The translations under genes and the position numbers were made by a program. The notes beneath the pieces are model-generated. The model was given only the letters and a program-made list of their open reading frames with translations. It ran no database searches and had not been told where the DNA came from. From a virus: DNA of 39,373 nt. This document shows, one piece after another, positions 10,214-21,300 of this stretch. Location of the stretch: UHGV virus genome UHGV-0174959; one strand, written 5' to 3'. Each line of letters starts with the position of its first letter. The stretch's first letter is position 1.

Positions 10214-12355
10214 ATGAAGCTGGAATCTTATGCGCCTTCTGTGCGCGGAAACGTGCAACAAGCAAGAACGGGCGTTGCCGGTAACCTTGAAACGCGCGGA
10301 GGTAATGACGCGACGTGGGGACAATTAGGCAAAGTTGCGGGAATTGCCCTTGAAGCGCAGGTCAAAAGGCAGGAAGATGATGATGCTTTGCGCGTTGCCA
10401 ATGCGCAAAGTGAATACATACGCCGCACGAATGAAGTGTTATACGGTGACGGCGGAATGGCGTACCGGCAAGGGGAAAACGCGACACGCACGCGGGAAGA
10501 TTATTTGACGGCGGAAAAAGATATTCGCGCGCAAGTATTGAGCGAATCGGGTATAAAAACGCGGCGCGGGCAGGAGTTGTTTCAGCGACAGGTGGAAAAA
10601 TCGCTTACAGCAAACGAAGCGGACATTTTGGGGTGGGAAGAAAAAGGCCGCAAACAATGGATCGCGGACACGGCAACGAACAAAATGGAAGCGACGCTTG
10701 CGGCCGCTATTAATACGGGCAACATAAAAGCCGCCTATGACGGTGTCGATCAAGGCTTGGCGTTACAGTCGAATTATTTAGATAATGCCGGCTATCAAGC
10801 GGAACAACGCAAACGGTATACAGACGTAACGAACAGAATGGTCGGGACACTAATTAATGCGGGCGACTATACGAAAGCGCTGACGGCAATTGAACACGCG
10901 CGCGAAACGGGGCTGGTGTCCGGTGACGTATTAGAGAAGCTGGAAAGCGCCGCAAAAGAAAAGAAAGGCGTGTTGCAAGCAAAAGAAAACGCCGTCGATT
11001 ATGCAACATATTTTTCAGGACAGGGCAAAAGAATTTGGGAAGTCACGCGGGAACAGTTTTCCGCGGTGTTCCGTGAAAAGAACAAAGGACGCGGAGGCAG
11101 TCGCGCGGAAATTGTTGAGCGCTTTTTGGCGGCAATCGGCGGACAGGAAAGCGACGGCGACTATAACGCAGAGAACAACACAAACGCCGCGTCCGGTATT
11201 GTTGCCCGCGGCAAATATCAGATTATCGACGGTACATGGCAGACGTACGCGCCAAAAGCGGGACTTGATGCAAACGCGCCGCGAACGCCGGAAAATCAAG
11301 AAAAAGTCGCGCGAGCAATGGCGGAAGAATATTACGATTTAACCGGCGGTGACACGGGGCAAATGGCCGCATGCTGGTATGTCGGCTCACCGGTTACAGG
11401 CTGGTCGCAAGAGGCGCTAAACCGGCCGCAAATATCCGACGACGGAACGCCACACCCGTCAATCCAAGAATACATGGATCAGGTACAGGCGCGTATGGGC
11501 GGCGGGCAATTAACGGAAGGCCAACTGTTTGAACAGGAGGAACGAGAATGGCGGGCGTTTCAAGCGCAAGCGGCGGAACAAGAACGCGCGTATCGGCAAG
11601 ACTTGCAGCGTCAAAAAGACAGTATTGAAGATGCGCTTGAAACAATGACGCCGGCGGAGCAATTGCAATTCTTACAGGAACAAACGGCGGGCAATGAGGA
11701 CTTAAAACGCGCCTATCGGTCAACTATTCGCGCGCTAAAAGTAGACGGCGAAAAGATACACGATTCAGAAATGGAGGGTATAAAACAGCTAATCGCAACG
11801 CGCAAAATTCAAGATCGGGAAGATCTGACCGGCTTTTTTGAGCGCAACGGCTTAAAACCGACGTATACGCAACTTAAACAATTAAGCAATGAATTAACGG
11901 CGGCCAATGAGGGTACGGGCAAATATCGGTACACAAACGATGCCGCAATTAAGTCGGCAGTAAAAAAATTAGTCGGCAATAAGCGCGGCGACTTTGACGC
12001 AATGTGGGCGGGCGCATCGGTTGCCCTTAATAATGAGGCGGTAAAGTACCAACAGGAGCATCAAGGACAAATGCCGCCGCCGGCTTGGCTGGAACAAACG
12101 GCCGCGCGGTTAATGACGGACAATATATCCTTTGCGCATCACCCGCAAACGCAGATCACGCGTGCGGAATTGGGTACATACGGGTATTCTAACGCGCAAG
12201 AAGTAAGCAACGAACGGGGCGAAATATTTATTCGCATGTTTGCGCCGGACGGTGAATTTATAGACGTTGGCGCGGATCAGTTGCCGTATTGGCTTGAGGG
12301 CGTTCGTTCCGGGGAATATGGGCGTCTTGGATTTAACGGAGGTATGAATGGATAG
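10214..12355 (+). CDS. Internal virion (ejection) protein with lytic transglycosylase-like domain
   Basis: Lysozyme-like motifs FLAAIGGQES, ARGKYQIIDGTW and PENQE (about 11120-11500) within a helical protein. Confidence 0.8.
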   Translation: MKLESYAPSVRGNVQQARTGVAGNLETRGGNDATWGQLGKVAGIALEAQVKRQEDDDALRVANAQSEYIRRTNEVLYGDGGMAYRQGENATRTREDYLTAEKDIRAQVLSESGIKTRRGQELFQRQVEKSLTANEADILGWEEKGRKQWIADTATNKMEATLAAAINTGNIKAAYDGVDQGLALQSNYLDNAGYQAEQRKRYTDVTNRMVGTLINAGDYTKALTAIEHARETGLVSGDVLEKLESAAKEKKGVLQAKENAVDYATYFSGQGKRIWEVTREQFSAVFREKNKGRGGSRAEIVERFLAAIGGQESDGDYNAENNTNAASGIVARGKYQIIDGTWQTYAPKAGLDANAPRTPENQEKVARAMAEEYYDLTGGDTGQMAACWYVGSPVTGWSQEALNRPQISDDGTPHPSIQEYMDQVQARMGGGQLTEGQLFEQEEREWRAFQAQAAEQERAYRQDLQRQKDSIEDALETMTPAEQLQFLQEQTAGNEDLKRAYRSTIRALKVDGEKIHDSEMEGIKQLIATRKIQDREDLTGFFERNGLKPTYTQLKQLSNELTAANEGTGKYRYTNDAAIKSAVKKLVGNKRGDFDAMWAGASVALNNEAVKYQQEHQGQMPPPAWLEQTAARLMTDNISFAHHPQTQITRAELGTYGYSNAQEVSNERGEIFIRMFAPDGEFIDVGADQLPYWLEGVRSGEYGRLGFNGGMNG

Positions 12356-15300
12356 CAGAGAAGAACGGCAAAAACAGGCAGACGCGGCGTTTCGTTCGTC
12401 GGGGTTTGGTATGCCGAAAATTGCGCCGTCTCCGATACAACAAGAGGCGGACGCGGCGGCGAGCTTGGTCAACGCAAAACCGGTCGCGCCGCCGCCTACA
12501 TTGTGGGAACAAGTGCGCGATAGCGAAATCGGGCGTTCCTATTTCTGGGGTAAAGAAGATTATTCACGCCGCGCAAAAGAAATTGCGGACCGTTTGCAAG
12601 TGTCCCCCGATGTCGTTTCCATTGCCGGCGAAGAAAGCTTGAAACGTTGGGAAAATACCTTTCAAACGCTGGAAATGGGCAAACGTGACGACGAGTTTGC
12701 GCAAACGTGGAGCGACTGGAACGATATTTCACAGACGGAACGGGCAATTCGTGTACATAATTATTCAGACGTTAAGCAAACAATGGGCGTTGTGGATAAC
12801 ATTACGTCGGGCATTCGCCAAATGGACGCGCAAATAAAATTGTCCGCTATGGGCAATGAGCGTATGGAGTTAGAGGCAAAAGGCGCAAATACAGACGAAT
12901 TAGACGCAAGAATTCAGAATTTACAAAAATATATCATGGCACAGTCCGGCGACGGCGGTATCGTTCACGACACGGCAAGTCAGTTATACATGATGGCCAA
13001 TCAATCCGCTAATTCCGGCAAAGAAGTCATGATCGGGTCTTTAATGGGCGCGGCGGCCGGTGCGGCGGCGGGCGGTGTTGGCGCAATTCCCGGCTTTATT
13101 ACCGGCGCCGGCTTGGGGTATCGTGCGGGCCTCTTTAATCGTATGAACGAAATGGAACGCGGCCTGTCGTATCTTGAATATCGAAGCGGCGGAGAATACG
13201 GGAAAATGTCCGCAGAAACGGCGGCAAAAGCGGCGACGGCCGTCGGTATAACTAACGCGGCAATTGAGTTTGCGTCGTTTGGTATGGGGTTAAAAGCGTT
13301 AAGCTTGGGCGCGTCTAAACTTGCAGGACGTGCGACGGCGACGGGCGCGCAGTCGATTATCCGCAACGCGGCGCGTTCCATTGCGTCCGCGCGAAGTGTC
13401 GGCGAAGCGACAAAGATTTTCGCGAAGTCGGCGGGAATCGGCGTTGCATCGGAAACGGCGGAAGAAGTCGCGCAACAGGCGGTGTCGGATATTGCGTGGA
13501 ACGTGTCGGCCGATCCTAGTGAGGGAACGCGAAAGATGCCCGTTACGGAAATTATCAGCAACGCGGTTGATGCTGGTATCACGGCGGCGCCGGCTATCTT
13601 GGGTATGTCGGCGGTATTGGGCGCGGGCGCTAACGTTCGTTTTGTGTCGAAAGCGGCGCGCATGTTGCGGCCGGACTATGAAATTCAAAAAGAAATGGCC
13701 GTTCATACCGTCGGCGCGCAAATGTTGCGTGACCTTGAGGCGGACAAGCAAACGAGCGCGCTATTCAAAAAAGATCCGGAGCTATACACAAAATCAGTAC
13801 AAGAGGCGGCAGACAAACAAGGTCTGGGCGCTTTTTTTGTTGATGCTAACGCGCTTATGGAAACAGAGGACGGGCGCAATATCTTAAATAGCATGGTAAG
13901 CAACAACGTCGTATCGGAACAAGCTTTACAGACGGCAATTGAAACGGAGGGCCGTTTGGAAGTGCCGGTCGGCGTATACTTGCAGGAAGATTTTACGGAA
14001 CAACAACGGGCGGCGGTAGACAAGGCAAGCGCATGGACGCAAGACGGAGCAACACAAGCGGAAATGACGGCGCATTGGGAAAACATGGCCGCAAGCAAGT
14101 ACGCGCAAGAGTTGCAGGACGATATTGACAGAATGATAAATGCGACCGATCGCGTATTGTCTGATAAATTTTCAGCGGCGGACGAGGCCGACAAAGAAAC
14201 GATCCGGCAAGTACTGGTGGCGAATCCGCTGGACTTGAACGCGGCGCGGAAAACGGTACGCAAAGGAATCGTGGACAATATCGAGCAGACGTTTTCCGAT
14301 ACTATTTCCGTGATGCGTACCGACTTGGCGGACGGTGAAATTCAGCTAATCCCCGGTCGTGATACTGTTCACGATCAGGACAGAATGTTACGCGCGTCAA
14401 GCAATCCGCAATGGTACAAAGATTTTTATGCGACGCATAAACGGCGACCGCGCATTGATGAATTTTACGACATTATGCTCGATGAAGAAGAAAAGCAGGT
14501 GCAACGGTATTATTCAAACGGCGTAATCAGAAGCGAACAAGACTACGAGGACGCGTTACAACAGATTGAAAACGGGCGCAAAATGGTTGAATCGTTGCGA
14601 ACGATAGACGCCTACAAAGATACGTTTGACGAATTGCAGAAAGAAAAGGCCGTGTCCTTGCGCATGTATTTGTCGCCGGACGAAATGAAAGTGTACGACG
14701 ATGTAAAAAAATACATGGATAACGTCGGCGGAGATGCACAGGAAAGCGCGCATCAAGCGGCTTACTTGTGGGCAAAACGCGCTAAAGTGTTTACGCAAAT
14801 GATGCACGACATGGGACACGCGGACTTTGTCGCGACCGATTATCTTGACATGCACCCGCTTTTCGCTATGAACGAATACGCGCCGGACGCGGCGGACAAA
14901 ATGGCGGCGCAATTAATGCAACGCAATGGCGGTATTGCTCCGCGGGAATACTTTCAAAACCGATATGGTGACGGCGGTTATGACGGTCAATCAATGAGCA
15001 ATCGCGCGCGCGCGGCGTATGACTTAGGCGAAAAGCCGATGAGCAAGTGGACAAAAGACGAAATCATCGAGGCAATTTTAGATTATCTTGATGAGACGGA
15101 AGCGGAAACGGCAATCAGCATTGACGAAATAAAAGCTTTGCCCGCGTGGCTATTGCGGCAAGAGTTTTTGACATATCGGAGTTGGCATCATACCGGCGCG
15201 CTATATAACGTGACAGACTTTTACGGTCTTGACTTCAAAGCGCTTGACCTTCCTTTGTCGCACTATCAAGAGAAAATCGAAGAACACAAAAAGCAACTAG

Positions 15301-18300
15301 CGGAGACAAAAGGCGACAGAGAAATAGAACGCCAAAAAAGAGAAGTGCGCCGAGAGCGTCGGGAATTTGAAGCGCGCATCAAGGAATTACGCAAATATAC
15401 AAAGTACAAAACAGACAGAGGACTAATTGCGGCGGTAGACGACGGGCGTGTAACGCTGGAGGAACTGGAACAAAAAGAACAGGAAGAAAAGGCGAAAGGC
15501 TATCGGCGTTATACCGAATACAAGACGGAGGCGGCGCTAATAAAAGCGCTCCGCAATGGCGACATTACCATGGAAAATTTGGAGGCCTTGCGGGACGAAA
15601 AAGATCCGAAACGAATTGCCGCGCGTAAATTGGCAAAAGCGCAAGGCAAAAAAGAGTGGCTGGAGGTTGTGGCGAACGATCCGGCCTTGTTCCGCTTATT
15701 GCCAGAACAAGCGCGCAATGATAAAGATGTAGCGTTGGCGGCCTTGCGCCGTGGCGGGGTGGCGCAACTTGCGCATGTTGACGGGGCGTTGACTAGTGAT
15801 CCGGACTTTATCACGGAGGCCGTTCGTGTTAGAGCCGCCTCATTGACGTGTTTTAAGTGGATACTATTGCGCGACAATTTCGCGCTTTTGCGCCGTGTTA
15901 TCGCGGACACGCCGCGGGCGGCAGAGTATTTGCCGGGAATTTTGAGCGGGACAGAAGCGCGCGAAATCATCCCTGTGTTGGCCAAAGAAACTCCTGAATC
16001 GGCGCTTTTCTCTCTACCCAAAACAAGCGCATTTAATGGAGAAGAAATTGAAGACATTTTCCGATCCGCGCCGAAAGTTGCCGAGCTCTTTGCCAAAGAA
16101 GACATCAATCACTACAAATTAAAAGACAGAGACAAGGCGGCAAGGTATCAAGCTGTTGCGCGGGAATTTCTGAAAGCGGAATCACGCATTGAATATTTTC
16201 AAGCGGCTTGGCACGGTTCTCAACATTCGTTTGGGCGGTTTGATACAAGTGCAATCGGCACCGGTACGGGAAGGCAGGCGCATGGCTGGGGTCTGTATTT
16301 TACACAAAGCCAAGATACGGCAAGGCGGTATCGGGATCAGTTGGTGTCGCGGGAAAGCTTGCGCAAGAAAAAAACAGATGGCTCATACGGTCAATACCTT
16401 ATATTGGAAAACGGAAAGCCTATTGATGCGGCGGCACAGGAAGCAATAAACAGGCGCATCGCCGCCAAAACGCTGAAAATGGTGGCGAACGGCCGGCCGG
16501 AGGGAACCTACTTCTTGCCAGAACTTAAGCAAGTTATGCAACAATTAGAAGAGGGTGACGCACCTACAAACAGGCTAATTCATGTCTTGCGGGAACAAAT
16601 TGACACAATTAAAAGCAACAACAAGATCTCTATTGCGGCTTTTTTGCGGCAGGTCCCGACAGAAGAAAAGGCCCGTATTGGGAAAATTGTAAGAGAAGCA
16701 AAAGCGGCCGCCAACAAGGAGGGGCGGCGAACGACAATCGCCGATGTATTAGAGGGTATTGAGCGGCACGCAAAACCCCTTATTTCGCAACGTGAACGCG
16801 AACTTGCGGACTGGCGCGCATTGTCAGGTCTAAAGGTAAACGCGCTTACTGTCGTAGCGCCGGGTAGTTTGTATAAGGTTGATATACCGGAGAATGAGGT
16901 CCTGCTTGATGAAAACAGGCCGCTAAATGAACAGCCGGAAACGGTACGCAAGGCAATAGCCGCATACTATCAATCACGACCGGAATCGTACATAGAGGCC
17001 ACGGCCGACGATCTCGGCACGAATACCGGCGAATATTTTTTACATGATGTAGTGGCACAGATGCAACGGGAAGGCAAAGAAGATCCGAAAAAAGCGGCAT
17101 CGTTATTGCTACATAAATTTGGCATTGAGGGTATTACCTATAAAGAATACAGGGACGGACGCTGCTTTGTTGTGTTCAATGATGAGGCAGTGCGCGTGCT
17201 GGAGCGCAACGGGCAAGCCGTCGGGGAACTGTATCAAGACGACAGCGCAGAAACACAGGAGCAGCCGCTAATTGCAATACACAACACGGACGCGGAAAAA
17301 ATCAAACATATTGCCGAAATGGGCGGCATTGCTATCCCGTCCCTTGGCATTGCGCGTGCAGATGTTCCATACGGTAGTTTTGGCGACATTACTTTAATTG
17401 CGGGGTCTGAATTTATCAATCCGGCAATGAAAGAAAATCCGACTTTTGACGCTGATGTGTATTCGTCGCGTTATCCGGCAATTGCCGCCTACAAAATGGA
17501 AAAGGGCGCGGAAAAGCAACTTGCGGAAATACTTGATCCGCTAGTGGAAAAGTTTACAGGACGAAGCGGCTACGCGTCCTACAAGATGAGCAGTATAAAA
17601 AAATCGTTGAGCGGCGGTGTAATTGACGCTTTAGGCGGGCTGAACCATGATGAGACTGTTTTGATGGCGTTCGCCGCATTAAGAGGAAAAACACAAAAGG
17701 ATCTTCCTAATTATGCCGCACTTGCCGACCATTACGCTTTGCATACCCAAGAGTTCCGAGACTGGATAACGCCAATTTTTAACAATCTTCCAAAACAAGG
17801 CCGAATCCTTGTTGGCTTTCGTCCAAACGGGCAACGGCGGTACAAGCCCTACACGCTTGAAAACATTGTTAAAATGATGCGTGGCAATCCGCGTAACGCG
17901 GAGGGGCGCCACTACGGAATCGGGAATCTTCGCGCGGTATGGGCAAAAAAATATAAAAACTTGGGCGAAGCGCAAGAAGATCGTGGCCGCATCGTGAGCG
18001 CGGAGGAAATGGAGGAGCGGAAAAAGAAACTTAGGGAAGAATGGAATAGCTTGTTGGAAAAAGCCGGAAACGTTCGCGACGAAATTGTTTCCGACGTTAT
18101 TATAAATTATTCAAAAAACGACTGGGAAAATGCGCTTAAACGGCGCAACATTACGGGAATTACTGCTGACGACTTGGAACGTTTTATGAATCACCTTACA
18201 AGCGCGCCGACGGAATATTTTGAAGTAAAAAAACAAAGGGCCGTTGGCCTTGATGAGTTTTACGCGGCTATTGTTCCAAAGGGTACGACAAGAGAAGTGC

Positions 18301-21300
18301 GCAAGATTTTACGTGATGCAGGTTTGCGCGTTGTTACCTATGACGGCAAAAATCGCAATGAAGTCTTGCTTAAAACGGCGCAACAGTTGCAGAAAAAGCA
18401 CGGCGATGTGTTATTTCAAAGGCAGCAGGAACGACATATTCGCGGTATGACGGCTTTACGCGACGGGCGGCAAATGTTGTTCTTGTTCCGCAAGAACGCC
18501 AATTTTTCCACTTTCGTGCATGAATCGGGACACGTCTTTTTGGAAGATCTGCAACAAATGGCCGCACAGGATAACGCGCCGGAGTGGCTGAAAAAAGACT
18601 GGCAAGCGGTCAAAGAGTGGACGGGCTGGAAAGACGGGGCGGACAATCGGGCGGCGCACGAAAAGTGGGCGCGCGGTTTTGAGGCTTATGTACGTGAAGG
18701 CAATGCGCCGTCGCGCGACTTAAAGGCCGTTTTTCGGCGTTTTCGTCGTTGGCTGGTAGGAATATATCAAAACTTGCTGGACTTGGGCGAAATCCCGCCG
18801 GAATCTATCCGCAATGTTATGGATCGAATGTTGGCAACACAAGAAGAAATTGACGCCTATACTGCAGAAAAAGCGCTGGACACAATGCAAGACGTGGACA
18901 CGAAACTGGCGGCGCGTTTGGCGAAACTGAAAGCAAGAGCCGCGGAAAAAGTGGAAAAAGACGTGGAGGCGAAAATTCGCAAAGGCGTCGAAGAAGTGCT
19001 GGAAGATGCGGTTGAATCGTGGCGCACGGCGCGGACGGAAGAATTGCGCAAGGAAGATATTTACAAGCATGAGGCACTGGCGAAGCAATTCGGCGAAGAT
19101 GTCCTGAATAAATACTATGCCGATGCGGCGGCGTTTGAAAAGGCGCTGGAAGATGCGGGCGGACCACTGGAAGAACGCCTGAAGCGTGAAGAACAGGAAC
19201 AGAGAAAAGCGTTCGCCGACGAACTGATGAACCCGGAATCTATCCGCGCGCAAGTGGAAGAATACATGACGGGCGAATTGGGTCAAGCGGACTTACTGGA
19301 GGCGGAAACAAGATACATTGCCCGTGAACGTAATAAACTTGCGGGCGAATACATGAAACAATTACGCAAGTTGAACGACAATCCGCAACGGGGAAATCCA
19401 AAACGAAGACTGCACCCCGGCGAATTGCCGGAATCGCCGACACGAGACGAACTGTTGGCAAAACCTGATGTGCAGGTGGTAGATGTCGCGTTGCCTGAAA
19501 ACTCTCCGTTAGTGCCAAGTGCGGAATTGCGGGCGGCGCAACAGACGAGAGATGAAGCCTATGCGGCCGGCAAGCGCGGCAAATCTTTGCCGGACAATCC
19601 ATACTGGAAAGAGTATCGGGCGCAGGCAAAGGCGTGGCTGAAAGAGCATGTGCCGGATACCATACTAAATCGCGAGTTGGGACGCATTACAGTAAATCGC
19701 AAGTCGTTAGACCACGCACTAAATAGTATTCGTGGTAATGGGTTTGTGAGATTAGCCATTTTAGCGGATTTAGAAAACGTGTTGGCAAACTCGGTGGTAA
19801 CGCATGTTTCGCGTGTTACGCACGGCAATGTTACAAATAAAAAAGTATTCATAGCACATGGACCGGTACGTGTGCATGGCTCTACGTATTTGGCTAAACA
19901 CGTCATAAAAGAAGCGGCAGGTGGGCGTTTTTATTACGACACGCAAAGTACGGAAATAAAAATTGCTGAGCCGCTAGCATCGTACGCCGGGAAAACAACC
20001 GTCGCCAACGATGCTAATGTACTCAGCAATTTTTCTACTATCAGTATAGAAGAAATGCTGAAACATGTCAAATCCGAAGATCAACCTTTGGCTGATGGAT
20101 ATTTGACGGAGGCGGAACGGCTTGCCGAAGTGCTTTCTTATTTGCGGTCTGAATTAAAAGGACATGAGGGCGCGCGGGAATCGGTAAAAGACGCGCAAAA
20201 ACAACTTTCAAAAATTCGCCAACAGGAACGCGCGGCGGTGCAAGAACTGGAACGCGAACAGACGCTGGTCAAACAGTTAAAAGAAAGCAATGCGGAAGAT
20301 GCGGAAGAACACGCGCAAAAGCTTGCGGAAATGCGGCAGAAGTTGACGGCAATGCGAAAGGAAAACGCGGCAAAAGTGCAAGCAATCAAGAAAACGGCGC
20401 AGGAAGAAATCAACACGCGTCTGCAAGGTTTAAGAGACGTCCGCGACAGTACGCAGGGGCGTTTACGCCTGATTGAAGAACAAGCGGCGCAAACATTGCG
20501 ACAAGCGCCTATCGGTGAATCGTTGACATGGAAAACGTATCAACGAAAAATCGCCTATTACGGTACATTATCATCGAAAGCGCTGGTGCGCGGTGATTAT
20601 GTACAAGCGGCGGAAATGAAAGAACGGCAGTTATATCATGCGTATCTTGCCAAACATGCGGTGATGCAGGAACAACAGGTGGATAAAGACATTCGCCGGT
20701 TGCGTGAAAATCTGAAACGAATGACGCGTTCGCAACAGCCGATCCGTCTTGACACGCAAGCGCGGTATTTCGTGCATCATTTAATGTATCAATTAGGACT
20801 GACGGGAACAGACGCACAAGCGCCGATTGACGGCTTTGAATGGTCGTCGATTGAAGAACTATTGAACCCTGATGTGGCGTTTGGTATGGGCGGCGATCCG
20901 GTTGTTTCTCCGGCTTTACGGGCAATGTTTGAAGCCGACGGACGAAACGAAAAGACGTGGCGGCAAATACCCTTTGAAACGTGGGAACAGACGGTGCAAG
21001 TGTTGCAAGCGGTTTACACGGCAGGGCGGCGCATGCATGACGGTTTGGCGATTGTCCGCAAGAACGGCGAACATGTAAGCATCGCCGACGCGGCGAACGA
21101 GCTGGCCCTTAAACTTAAAAAGCGGTACGGGGAAGATAACAGAGATTTACGACAGATCCGTAACGACATGACGCGCGCTGACCGTATGGGTCAATTAGCC
21201 GGCGAATTGGTGACGCAACTCATCAAGCCGGAAATTATTATGAACCGGTTAGACGGTCGAGCGGTAGGGGTAAAGATTGATGATGATTCATTCCATCGCT

